In this document: in pieces, positions 52,457-64,000 of the stretch | How positions within the stretch are numbered: position 1 is the stretch's first letter | Layout of the letters: every line of letters starts with the position of its first letter | From: Octopus bimaculoides | Lineage: Eukaryota | Assembly: GCF_001194135.2 (NCBI RefSeq) | Contig: NC_068986.1 | Span: 8,302,719-8,366,718, forward strand | Direction: 5' to 3' | DNA length: 64,000 nt | Program-made: the position numbers and the translations under genes | The notes under the pieces: generated by a model | What the model was told of the DNA's origin: nothing | The model's database searches: none | The model's input: only the letters and a program-made list of their open reading frames with translations

Positions 52457-54059
52457 ACCTATATATTAGAATTTATTGTAAAACCAAATGTATATACAAT
52501 AGTCTAAAGATATCTGGAAGTATTCTTAAACGAGAATTTATCGATCGTTACGAGACGCATTTTTACACCTCCAGTTGAATATTGGTAAATATCATCTTGA
52601 AATCAAACTGTTCGATTTCTTCTATTCACCTTTTCGTGAAATATCCGTTACCTAACTTAATCTGTATTCAAATAAAATGTGACGATAGAAACAGAATTAG
52701 TAACTCTTCATTTTTTTTTTAGAACAGCTAATAATCCGGGATAAAGATTTGTAATTTAATGTTAAGATAAAGGTAGTCGTGTGTGCGTCTGTGTCTTTGA
52801 TGCTTTGTAAATCAATTCTTCTTTATGCAATTCCATTTGTTATGGCAGCTCTTGGAAGTGTGTCTTAAATTCAATCTGAATCCTTGAGTCAAGAATTTCA
52901 AGTCATTTGGAATCATCCAATGGAATGGTATGATAGTAGGCCTGGATATTATCATCACCAATTTCTCTCTTTTCCTTCTGGGCCGAAAAATTCAAAGTTT
53001 CGAACTGAGCAGAATGAATTTTGTTTTAATCGAATTCAGTTTATTACCTGCAGTTGTAACAATTTTTATTCCTTTATTTTCTTTTACATAAAATATAAAC
53101 CTGACACATAAATTTCGTCACTTCTATTCTACTTCAACTCGTCTTGCATTAAAACTGTTTTCAAAGAATTCATAAATTATTTGAGAATGATAGTAAAATG
53201 TTCTCAGACAGACATCGCTCCACAATCAACAAACCTCCGTGTGAAAAAGCGAACGATTAAAAAAGTTTTATTGTTTTGTTCTCACTGTTGTCTGAATAAC
53301 TTAAGGGAATTGTTTCTAATTTCGTTAACTACTATAATGACATCTCTAATATANNNNNNNNNNNNNNNNNNNNNNNNNNNNNNNNNNNNNNNNNNNNNNN
53401 NNNNNNNNNNNNNNNNNNNNNNNNNNNNNNNNNNNNNNNNNNNNNNNNNNNNNNNNNNNNNNNNNNNNNNNNNNNNNNNNNNNNNNNNNNNNNNNNNNNN
53501 NNNNNNNNNNNNNNNNNNNNNNNNNNNNNNNNNNNNNNNNNNNNNNNNNNNNNNNNNNNNNNNNNNNNNNNNNNNNNNNNNNNNNNNNNTATATATATAT
53601 ATATATCACTTCACCATTTCCGGAATCATTCAATGTTTCCTGTGGTGTTCTCTATAAGACTGATAGGATGAGTTAAGTTCTTTGACCCACGGTGACGGAG
53701 TAATGGGCTGCTGTTGGAGATTAATCAAATCTGAAATCAGCGCTGATATCACTCCATCTTGCTTGCCGTAGGGAGAGATCTAGTCTCCCTTGTCAACTGT
53801 TAGAAAAGTGCTCTCACATGGCTAAGAATTGTTTTGACTCTTATTTCTAGCAATGCTGGTGCTTACTAGCACCCTCCATCATTTCAGTGACGACTACACT
53901 AGTTGCTTTTCAGTTGTGAATTGCGAATAGCCACCTTAATAATTTATAACTGTATCTATATATATATATTAGTATAGTATGGTTTTCATGAAGCATTGTT
54001 TGATATATAAAAATGATTTAAATATATTTTAAAGTTAAAACAATGCAAAGTATAAAAGT

Positions 54060-55070
54060 CGATGGTTAGTCCTGTCATCTGCTCTTTCGATGTTTCAGGG
54101 TTAGGACTCCTTCTTCGGGAAATTTACGAAGAAAAGATGCTGATAGTTGATGTCTCTGCTCTGTAGTGCGGGTGTATGAAGGGTTGTTTCGCGTTGCTAA
54201 CGTCAGAAATCAGCTGCGTGCCATTCAGGTCTGTTAATAATTCCCGGCTCTGTTAATTAACTTAGGTTCTTTTAATCTCAAGTTCCCATTGTATTTTGGT
54301 TTTTTTCTTTCTCTGTAGGTTGAATGAAAACTCATACGTTTTGAATGTGGCATTTTTGTAGATGTTTTCTGACGGAAAAAGCATTAGCGTTGAGGTTTTC
54401 TTTAACGTGTATGTGAACTCGTCTGATTGTACTTTTGGTGTAGAATTCCTTGCATTTGTTGCACGTGATTTCACTCACATCGTTGAGCCGCCGACATATA
54501 TTTCCATACGTGATCAGGAAGTTCGATAATGTACATAAGGTGCTGTTTTGGCGGTTTATAGTCAGGACACTCCTCAGAGAAGATCCTGCATGTTCCAGTC
54601 GTATATTCAATCCCTCCATACGGATCGGACGGCGGATTGCTCCAGCTGTTTTCGTTTTTTTTTTTTATTATTTCGTTCTCTTTTCATTAAAATGTGAGTT
54701 TCAGAAAACGCAGGCTATCCTTGGAGGTGTAGATCTGGTCGTTCGGTTTAATGATGCTCTAGCATTTAGTGAAAGAGTATGGATAACCATCCTCCGTCAG
54801 GACATTTCGTAATTGTATGATGTTCGTGCTTTCGAATCGAGGTATCAGAGAATTATCTCTGATAAACAAGGATGAAAAGCAGTATGTAGAGGCTAAATAG
54901 ATCCCTGCAAAAGATAGTAATGGTATTAATATGAGAATGTCATCCGCATATCTGGCGAAAAATGCATAAGAATGACAGCTGTTCAGTGCCCTGCGTTCTA
55001 ACCGGTCCATAGATATGACGACCAGTAAGTCTGACAAGGTTGACCCATCGGCACTCTAGAGATGTTTTTT
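54060..55070 (-). mobile_element. Penelope-like element: RT core, GIY-YIG endonuclease and 3' hammerhead, degenerate
   Basis: VPMG.TLSDLLVVISMDRLE...FFARYADDILIL (one frameshift); EITCNKCKEFYTKSTIRRVHIHVKENL...SVRKHLQKC (ORF 54332-54619); hammerhead motif downstream. Confidence 0.8.
54085..54122 (-). ncRNA. Hammerhead-like motif (U4C variant) at the PLE 3' end
   Basis: TTTC-CCGAAGA-AGG-agtcctaac-CCT-GAAA-CA-TC-GAAA. Helix I TTTC/GAAA and helix II AGG/CCT pair. Confidence 0.5.
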
Positions 55071-55125
55071 TTTTTTTGTAAATGGACCCTTTGAACAGGA
55101 AGATGCTTTCCATTATTGTAATTAA

Positions 55126-55390
55126 TTGTTCATGAATATCTGGAGCTGTGAGCGCAAAACAGTTAAGGTTGTGAGAGTAGGCAATGCTCTGAACCTCAAC
55201 AAATTCAGGTCCAAAGATAAGGATACTAAACTTAAAGATACACTAAGCCGCTCTTTAGAGACAATAGGAGACTCATATCTTTCCAAATGGATCAAATGTC
55301 AGGACATATTCGCTACATCTTCACTCGAAGTATTCGGGAAAATAGAACGTAAACACCAAGACTGGTTTAATGAGAATTATGATGACGGGG
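55126..55390 (+). mobile_element. RTE-clade LINE fragment (endonuclease-RT linker)
   Basis: ORF 55126-55431 contains KWIKCQDIFATSSLEVFGKIERKHQDWFNEN. RKHQDWF(D/N)EN is characteristic of RTE/BovB-like ORFs. Confidence 0.7.
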
Positions 55391-55579
55391 TTTCCACTGA
55401 TCCCAATAACTTGACTTCTACTATGTCTTAACGATGCGGAGGGATGGAAAGCAATGTTGACTCAGGTGCTATTTGGACTCAGAACGTAACAGAGCTGTTA
55501 AATACCGCACTAACGATTCTGCCAAACAACGATTGCATGATAACACTTGCTAGTATGACTAACACATCAAAGGCAAACT

Positions 55580-55780
55580 CACAGAATTGTTAGTATGCTG
55601 GACAAAATGCTTAGTCGCATTTCGTCCGTCGCTACGTTCTGAGTTCAAATTCCACCGAGATCAACTTCGCCATTCATCCTCTCGGGGTCGATAAAATAAG
55701 TACTAATTGGTCACTGGGTTCATTTCATCAAGTTACTCCCCTTCCTCAAAATTTCAGGCTTTGTATCTATAGTAGAAAGG
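55580..55780 (+). mobile_element. SINE family A copy
   Basis: CAAAATGCTTAG..GCATTTCGTCCGTCGCTACGTTCTGAGTTCAAATTCCACCGAG...TTCATCCTCTCGGGGTCGATAAAATAAGTAC. Confidence 0.8.
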
Positions 55781-56642
55781 ATATAACTCATACATTTCCT
55801 GCCTGTGTTCCTTTTGATTTTGCCATAGTTTTCAACGGTAATCCGGCATTTCAAATATTTTTTTCATCTTTTTTCTCACATCTAAACGCAGTCCCTACCA
55901 ATTTATCTCTGACTTTTCCACTATCGAACGCCTGATTATTGCCTAATTAAAGAACATCATCCCACAATACCTAAGTACACAACAAATTCTATCGCAAAAC
56001 ATTTACTTCATATCGTTAACTGGTCAAGCTCCGCCAGGTGCATAATGGGATTTGCATTATTCACGTGTTAAGCAGATTCGAAATAATATCCCGGTAGCTT
56101 TACATTTCCACATTTCTCACACATTTTAACCCTCGCAGCATTTAAAGCCGTCCATGCTGTTATTCCTTGTTGTAGGTTTTTTTTTTTTTTGCTTTTTTAC
56201 TTTCACAAAATATCTAATTTCCTTTTTCTACTACATTTACGATCTGTACCTCTTTAAGAAATCGACATGTATGAGGTTGTTGTTGTTGTTGTTGTTGCTG
56301 CTGCTGCTGCCACTGCTGTAGCCTCGCCACTGAGAGGACATATCGATGATTGAAGATATTCCTACCATGACTGTCCCCTCTGTATTTTTATACTTTATTT
56401 TCTAACATTTGAGATGAAATATTTTAAACTTTTAAAATTGATTTCACATAAATTATATAACCGTTTCCTAGACTTAGCCTTGACGCCCACCCTTAATTTC
56501 AAATAGGAATGAGGTTGCTATGACGACAATTGATGTAATGCAAAGCCAGCCTTGAAGTAATTGTATCTGTCAACAATTCTAAAACCACAACAATCAATGT
56601 TATGGCAGAAAATATTTTTTAAATTGTTTAATAACTGATATT

Positions 56643-56838
56643 GCTTTCAAATTTTTGGTACAAAGGCCAGCAATTTGTGGGGAGGGGCTAATTTGATTAC
56701 ATCGACCCCACTGCTCAACAGGTACTTATTTTATCGACCCCGAAAGGATGAAAAGCAAAGTCGACCTCGGTGGAATTTGAACTCAGAACATAAAGACAAA
56801 CAAAATACCCGTAAGCAGCTTGCCCGGCGTGCTAACGA
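56643..56838 (-). mobile_element. SINE family A copy
   Basis: GGTACTTATTTTATCGACCCCGAAAGGATGAAAAGCAAAGTCGACCTCGGTGGAATTTGAACTCAGAAC...GCCCGGCGTGCTAACG. Confidence 0.85.
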
Positions 56839-57759
56839 ATTTTAACCATTGATGTATTTAAAGCTCTAAGGACGTTTTCCTGTGAGAGTACCTTTATGTA
56901 CGACCTGCTAGAAAATGCAACCAAACCTGCCTCAAATCACATCCTGTCGTGTAGTACACAACAACTGAGGTGTTGAATTTTGTTATATTACTTCAAGAAA
57001 TTAAACCACTTTAAGTGTACTTTAAGAATTGGTAAAATGGTATATTCTTTAAATCAGTGACTGTATCAACAGCAGTTAAAGATTCCTCATTCTTCTTTAT
57101 TTGGAAATAATGGAGAGAAGTCCTGGAAATGGTAATATAATTTATGGAATATCAATTCTAAAGGTTTAAAACATTTCCACCTCATATGTTACAAAAATCA
57201 CTACAGCATAATTATTTCTGTTGTGTTGTAAGAAACCATATTTCCGTTGACATGAACATTTCTTCACCCAGCTACGCAACTTCCTTCCGCTTCTCGTATA
57301 ATCGACAACTTTTCATTTAAAACTCTAATAAGCTGGATATTGATTAAAAAATCTATAATACACACTAGACTTACAACAGACAGACAGATATTCTCACTTC
57401 TACTTATTTCTTGTGCTTCTTCACGTTTTCCTCTCCTTAACTGTCTCATTTCTTTTTCCTCCCCCTCTCTCTCACTCTCTCTTTCTCATTCTTATTGAAT
57501 TCCTTTCATTTCATCTACCACTTTNNNNNNNNNNCATTCTCTCTATTTCTCTTGTTATCAGTCTCATCACTGTCTTGATGTCTTTTGGATTCTCTTTTCT
57601 TACTGTTCGTCTTTCATTTTCCTTTTTTCTTTCACTCCATCGTTTCCAGTTTTCTCATTTCCACCCGACTCAATTTATCCAGTCTCACTAACTGGATACA
57701 TTCCTTTGTGTACGTGGATAATTACTTACCTAAAATCGCCATCGATACATACACCAACC

Positions 57760-57766
57760 AATAATG

Positions 57767-57833
<67 letters not shown>
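57760..57833. repeat. (AAT)n microsatellite
   Basis: Seen directly; source of poly-Ile ORFs. Confidence 0.95.
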
Positions 57834-57835
<2 letters not shown>

Positions 57836-58119
57836 GCAGTACTAATAACGGTAAATATTCGATCTGACACAGATTTAACAGTTGGATACAACATTAATAA
57901 ATTAATAACAGTCATAATTAAATTTCATTGTGATTTAATATCGATTCATTGACATCGTTACGATTCAGTAAGCGATAAGTGCGTGATTTCTGTAATTGTG
58001 AGAATGGCAGGCACCAAGCATCTGATTCTTCATACAAGCAAGATGAGGGTCAAACGACGGTGTTTCAACAATGCTACTTCAACATTTCAATCCATTATTC
58101 ACTCATTCATTTATTTCTT

Positions 58120-58460
58120 TAATTTCGTCTGACAAGAATCGATCTCCACAGTGAATACCATTCAACAACTAATCGTCAATTTCCAATAATTAGTTTGATT
58201 CTTGATCAAGTAATTCTCTTCTTTTTTCCCCTCATTTCTGACCAAGTAAGTGGAACAGAAGTTATTTTGTGCCCTGTCGTTGTAATATGAGCCGCTGGTG
58301 ATTGGATGGAAAATATCAATATCAACCAATTGAAAGAATACTTCATTCAGTTCAACATTATGGTTCTTCATTTATCAATTCCCACGTGGAAAGGAAGAAT
58401 TCTTGATTTAACTGCTGCAGGATTTGCCGAAAACAATATTGAGAACCAACAAATACCTCA
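58120..58460 (+). pseudogene. Possible APE-type LINE endonuclease remnant
   Basis: About 113 codons with one internal stop: PVVVI*AAGDWMENIN...QFN...IPTWKGRILDLT. This loosely follows the APE motifs P.I..GDFN and PT...ILDL. Confidence 0.3.
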
Positions 58461-58916
58461 TTAATAAAACGATGTTGTAGAGTCAGTTAAACGTAAGACA
58501 ATTAAGAAATTAGTTTCGTTTTGACGAAAACTTAAATCTGTTTTTCAGTGAAGGGGAAATTGATGCTCATGTAATTCTACTTATGTGGAATCGACTCTCA
58601 AAAAGTAGCTTTTACTACGAAAGAAAAACTCATTTTGGATTTAGCTCGCCTATAGCTTATCTTTATGCTGTCCAACGAAAGGATATCCCGTTTGTGATAC
58701 TATTTTATCTGCGGAGGAGGGACTGTATATAATCACAATTGACCTGCTGTGAATATCAAAATATTTATGTTTTGGCAGGAAAGTATGTATAACAGTGTGG
58801 TGAATTTTAAAATTGTTAGCGATATATATTTTTATATTTGTATATGTTCGGAATTGTTATGTCATTGCGTTTGTAGATGTGAATTCACAAACACACACAC
58901 ATTTACTTATATATAT

Positions 58917-58964
<48 letters not shown>

Positions 58965-59462
58965 AAAGAGATTGAGAGAGAGAGAGAGAGGGGGGAAGAA
59001 CATATGTAGAGGAAAATTAAGACAAACACAAGTGTGAATATTAGTTCTTAAATACGTTTCACCATTACAGTGAACTCAACGTTCGAGGTTCGAAACGCAT
59101 TTGAATCATCAGGAGAGAAGATATATTAGATCCCTGTCACAGAAAGCAATAAAGTGTTCCATTGATGACCTACTCGAGGTTAGGCAGCCAAATGCACTTG
59201 GAACATCCAGCACTGAGTTCCATTTAACTGCAATGGTGAAACATACGTAGGAACTAAATATTTATACTAGTGTTTATCTTCGTTTATACTGCATATGTTC
59301 TGTATATCGTAACCAGTAACACTGCTAAGTACAGCAGTTGACAAACCACTTTACTGGCACTGGAATGGATATTGATAATCTACGTAGAGCTCTGTCTCAT
59401 ACAGTAGTAAGCGTACATCTAACTGTACACACAAGATATGTAAATATATATATATACATATA

Positions 59463-59744
59463 TATATAGTTTTAGGGAAAATAACCAATTATCAAGAACT
59501 CATCGATGAAAATCCACTATCACATATAGAAAAATTAATAATTAAAAGCACAATAAATGAGTATAATATAAAGTAAAGTAAATGTCATAAGATAAATATA
59601 ATAAAAAGATTACACGTGTTTCATAACCAATTTTCAAATAGAAAAGAAATTTAAATCGATTAAAATCAATTGAAATTATCGAAAATAAGTTCTATTCAAA
59701 AATATAGCTACTCGTCAGATCGTTATTTTCCCTAAAACTATATA
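59463..59744. mobile_element. MITE-like element with perfect terminal inverted repeats embedded in TA
   Basis: GTTTTAGGGAAAATAAC (59469-85) and GTTATTTTCCCTAAAAC (59722-38), each extended outward by TATATA. AT-rich non-coding interior. Confidence 0.75.
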
Positions 59745-59973
59745 TTTTATATATACTTTATCTATAAGGCTCAATTTAATTTTAATTTTTTATAAATTGA
59801 TTTTAATTGAGTTTTTTGCCTGTAATTTTGGATTTTGTCCCTAATATTATTATTATATATACATATATATATATATATATACATATATGTATATGTATAT
59901 ATATACATACATATATATATATATACATATATATATTTACACACAAGATATATAAATACACACATACACACAT

Positions 59974-60005
<32 letters not shown>

Positions 60006-60012
60006 GTATATA

Positions 60013-60830
60013 CTAGACTTACTACCCAGCGTTGACCGGTAAGGTATTCATGGAATTTTTTGCCAGTTTGCAGAATGGGAATTCATGGTACTTATGCATG
60101 GATATATATATATTTAACCTAACATTTGGACTCATTTAATTGGAACTATCCAAACAATAGTAATCAATTTAATGTCTGAAGAAAATTGTGAATAACTGTC
60201 TGATATAGTGATGGATCTGGCCATGAATGACAACGGAGGGATTCCGTAAGTTTCTTTTAGGATTAACTTTTTTGTCACTGTCTGGAAGAGGTAGTTGTAC
60301 TGTCTGCCGTTCTTCCTGAATTCTTTTGCAAGATGGTCACCACTGTTGTATAAATGGATAAGTTCATTTGGTACAGGTTGTAAATTGCCAATAGAAACTT
60401 TTCCCTTCATGCAGCAGAAATTTGCAGTTTCGCCATGGAATAAGGATGCACGACGCTAAGAGCATATTTTATTCATCACACCTACATCAGCAGAAAGAGT
60501 GGATCCATTTCCTTCCATTGCTCCCTCTGTCCTTCTTTCTTTCCTCACCTTGTTGTTCAAGAGTCGTGCAGCCCTCATCTCGGACGTTTCTGCAAGTCTT
60601 CTGCTATTTGTTCTTTCTCTCACATTCTGGAGACGTGCATTCCTATCTTCCTCAGTCTCTCCTTGCCTCCTTCTTTGTTTCATGACTCTATTATCCTGTC
60701 GTCGTTCTGCCGTCATCTCAGTCGTTTCCTGTCGTCTCCTTGCCCTTGCTTTTTCCGAAAGCCTTTCGGCATCACCTCTTGACCACGATGATCCCCGTCT
60801 CTTTCCACCTGGCATAATTGATCAGTGTCT
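60013..60830 (-). mobile_element. Internally deleted Helitron: RepHel N-terminus joined to 3' hairpin-CTAG
   Basis: ORF 60456-60815 has R/E-rich repeats (RRQETTE, RRQGETEEDRNARL), followed by GVMNKICS*..A..FHGETANFCCMKGKV...PNELIHL...FRKNGRQYNYLF and IHGQIHH. The 3' end has the hairpin CCGG-tcaacg-CTGG about 10 nt before CTAG|T at 60013. Confidence 0.8.
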
Positions 60831-60940
60831 GTTTTTGCATGTAATGTATTAAGAAAATTAAACCAAACCAACAAAGAGATTACAAATGTCAGATGAATGA
60901 AACAGAATAAAATCTGAAATAATGAAACTATAAGTAATCT

Positions 60941-61067
<127 letters not shown>

Positions 61068-61340
61068 TGTGTGTACGTGAAAAAGTTGGAGTCACAAAAT
61101 GTAAACATTTGTACCGGAAGTTGAGTCATTTAATATCAGAATAGGATTTACAAAAAAAATAAGCGCTTAAATCTAATGAAAGTTTAATAAAATCTAATCA
61201 TAAGTAAGTGAAATTATGCTAAATACAACTAAATTGAAAACCTTTTCCTCCCTGATCCTATCGGCAATTCTGAAAACTTTTGAGTACAAATTTTACATGA
61301 GTGAAAGCTTTTTTAACAATTTTTATCCTGAAAATCACCT

Positions 61341-61408
61341 TTTACTTTCGTTTTAAAGTGAAAGAGAGGAGAAAGTGAAAAATGTATGAACGTGTATATG
61401 AAATGGAC

Positions 61409-61442
<34 letters not shown>

Positions 61443-61889
61443 GNNNNNNNNNNNNNNNNNNNNNNNNNNNNNNNNNNNNNNNNNNNNNNNNNNNNNNNNN
61501 NNNNNNNNNNNNNNNNNNNNNNNNNNNNNNNNNNNNNNNNNNNNNNNNNNNNNNNNNNNNNNNNNNNNNNNNNNTGAGAGAGAGAGAGAGTGTGAGAGAG
61601 AGAGAGTGAGAGAGAGAGAGAGAGAGTGAGAGAGAGAGAGAGTGAGAGAGAGAGACAGTGAGAGAGAGAGAGAGAGAGTGAGAGAGAGCCACTATTACAT
61701 GAGAGCGCACACGTTCACTCACTCACTCCTTCTCTCTTTTATACGCACACACACACATGCATCTGTACATACAAAAAATATGTACGCATATGTATTGATA
61801 TATGTACGTATACATGTCAACACACCCCTTCACTCACTCTCCATCTCTCTTTCTGTCTCTATCTTTTTCTCTCTCTCTCTTCCTCTCTC

Positions 61890-61924
<35 letters not shown>

Positions 61925-62009
61925 TTCACACACACACACACGTCCATTTCATATAAACGTACATACATCTTTCAATTTCTTATCTCTTTCACTTTAAAAC
62001 AAAAGTAAA
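61341..62009. mobile_element. Fold-back element whose arms continue into (GA)n / (TC)n microsatellites
   Basis: Left TTTACTTTCGTTTTAAAGTGAAAGAGA...TATATGAAATGGACGTGTGTGTGTGT(GA)n; right (TC)n...ACACACACACGTCCATTTCATATA...TCTCTTTCACTTTAAAACAAAAGTAAA. Confidence 0.8.
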
Positions 62010-62477
62010 TAAATAAAAAAATTTTACGAAAATTAACGAACTCCGGATGATGAAATCACATTCAGTTAAGAATATTTCTAAAGGATTAAAACATTGTGTA
62101 CGAAGACTATATGTGTGTATATGTTACAGATAACGGACTTGTCTTTGTGTCGATTGACAAGCCGTGACATACATTATATGTGTGTGTATTCTGTATGTGT
62201 GTCTGTGAGTTGACATCACGGAAGCCATGCTTTTTTTTTTTCGTCAAGAAATAACAGATAAAAAATGTGTTTAATTGATTGAATAGAGGTCCAAATATCA
62301 CAAGAATCTGTACTGTACTGCCTAAGGGAAGTATGAAAATAAATATGCAAAAACAAAATAAGATAAAATATACTATTTCTGAGATACTTCGGGTACACAC
62401 AAACATCTCTAGAGTTTTAGTATTATTGATATATATATATATGCGTGTGTGTGTGTATGTGTGTGTANNNNNNNNNN

Positions 62478-62538
<61 letters not shown>

Positions 62539-62549
62539 ATATATATTTA

Positions 62550-63452
62550 TATGCGAGGTCTGATCAATAAATATCCGGGTTGTTGCCATAGTAATTAAGC
62601 TAAAACACACAGAGTGAAGCCACTTGGCAAAGATTGACCTTAAACACTGCTTTGCATGCACACTAAGCTTTAACGTTCTAGTTCACTTCCTCTGTTTACA
62701 GCAGTGCTTGGAAGGAAGGTATGTAGCATGTGATCGTCGCACTGACCATGAGAGAGAAATTTGTTATGGTGATACATGCTCAGGGGCCTACGCAAAGTAG
62801 CAGAAAGTGTATGGAGAGAAGTGCATGAGCTGCACACAAGTATAGGTATGGTTATGACGTTTCGAAGATGGACGAAAAATGTCGATGTTGACGAACGTTC
62901 TCGAAGACCCGCAACCAGCAGAACTGAGAAAAACACCGCAGATGTGCGTGCAGATGTGAGGGGAAATCGTCGAATCACCATCCGTGAGTTTTCAGAGGAT
63001 GTACAGATTAGTTACGGTTCAGTTCAGTCTATTACCACTGAAGATTTGGGTATGAGACGCGTGACTGCCAAATTACTGCGAAAACTGCCTTCAGCTGACT
63101 AAGAAGACACTCGGGTTTCAGTTGCACAAAATCTCTCTGATTGTGTCGATAACGATTAAAACCTTTTTGAAAACTTTGCGTAGACTTCTGGGCAGGCATC
63201 GCCAAGCCTTTGGCAAAATTTGAGGCAGATTCTCTGCTCAAATATCTCTGTCATTGTCAATCCGATGAACACACGCTATGCATCTTCCTTCTAAGCACTG
63301 CTGTAAACAGCGAAAGCGAGCTAAAACGTAAAAACGTAATGCGCATGCACAGCAGAGTTCAAGGTCAATCTGTTTCAAGCGGCTTCACTCTGCGTCCGTT
63401 AGCTTCGTTACTATGGCAGCAGTGCGGATACTTATTGATCAGACCACGCGTA
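62550..63452 (+). mobile_element. Mariner deletion derivative: 5' end, HTH domains and an inverted second 5' end
   Basis: TA-(T/C)GCG(A/T)GGTCTGATCAATAA.TATCCG at both ends. ORF 62776-63102 has DVDERSRRPATSRTEKN...RRITIREFSEDVQISYGSVQSI..EDLGMRRVTAK. The right arm reads MTEIFEQRICLKFCQRLGDACPEVYAK on minus. No DD34D domain. Confidence 0.85.
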
Positions 63453-64000
63453 TATATACATCAAATAACATAGTGTTCGATCTTGTGATCCATTCTCACC
63501 ACCAACCCAAGACAAAATAAAACATAAAAAGAATCAGAAGTCGAAAGAAGAAAGCCTTTGTTTCCCCACCACATTTGTTCAGTTTTTCAAGCCTTGATCT
63601 TATAAATTTTATAGTTGTTGAGAATGATGTTGCTATTGTGATCGTAGCACCAGGAGGACTTTTTATTTATATAGTTATTTGCAAAGTTAGTGCTATCATT
63701 TAAAGCTACTCTCGCTAATGTTATTTATATTAGATTTTCGCTATGCTTTGCCCTATTACTGCTGCACTTTCGGTTACTGATGCAATTCATACTGCTAGTA
63801 TTAACTGTTGTTCTCATTTCTCTTATAACTTCTTTTGCAGCAACGTACGCCATTACAATTTGTTATACATTTTATGACTGCAACACTTTCCTTATCTTAC
63901 AGTGGTTACACATGCTGTTTACATTTACTATTATGATAATTATTGTTGCAAGCATTTGTTGAAAACTCTTGCTGTTGCTGTCATTTAAAACTTCTTATGT

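Noticed and set aside
541-53657. Many long ORFs in the track (e.g. 541-1650, 39006-40035, 45249-46532, 51087-52403)
   Set aside because: They are open only because they cross N-gaps or dinucleotide and trinucleotide repeats (YI, CV, HT, LS, poly-I/L/V).

Overview
This is AT-rich, repeat-dominated eukaryotic DNA from a fragmented assembly, with about 20 N-gaps (roughly 7 kb), most flanked by microsatellites. Microsatellite density and the SINE families point to a cephalopod, probably Octopus (inference from recalled repeat families). I found no confident host gene, rRNA, tRNA gene or CRISPR array. Almost all long ORFs in the track are N-gap or microsatellite artefacts. What can be supported is a set of decayed mobile elements: four R4/Dong-like restriction-like-endonuclease LINE 3' ends, three CR1/L2-like LINE 3' ends, two RTE fragments, two Penelope-like elements (one with RT plus GIY-YIG), an internally deleted Helitron, mariner remnants (one a fold-back derivative), MITEs and three tRNA-derived SINE families. 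The most interesting layer is RNA structure. There is one canonical hammerhead ribozyme (10844-10895, +), a second with an unusually long helix II (12588-12676, -), several variant cores, and a family of short (TA)n-embedded elements carrying a hammerhead-like core. A SINE and a LINE in the window also share a 3' tail with a compensatory stem-loop. All assignments come from manual translation and base-pairing; no database search was run.
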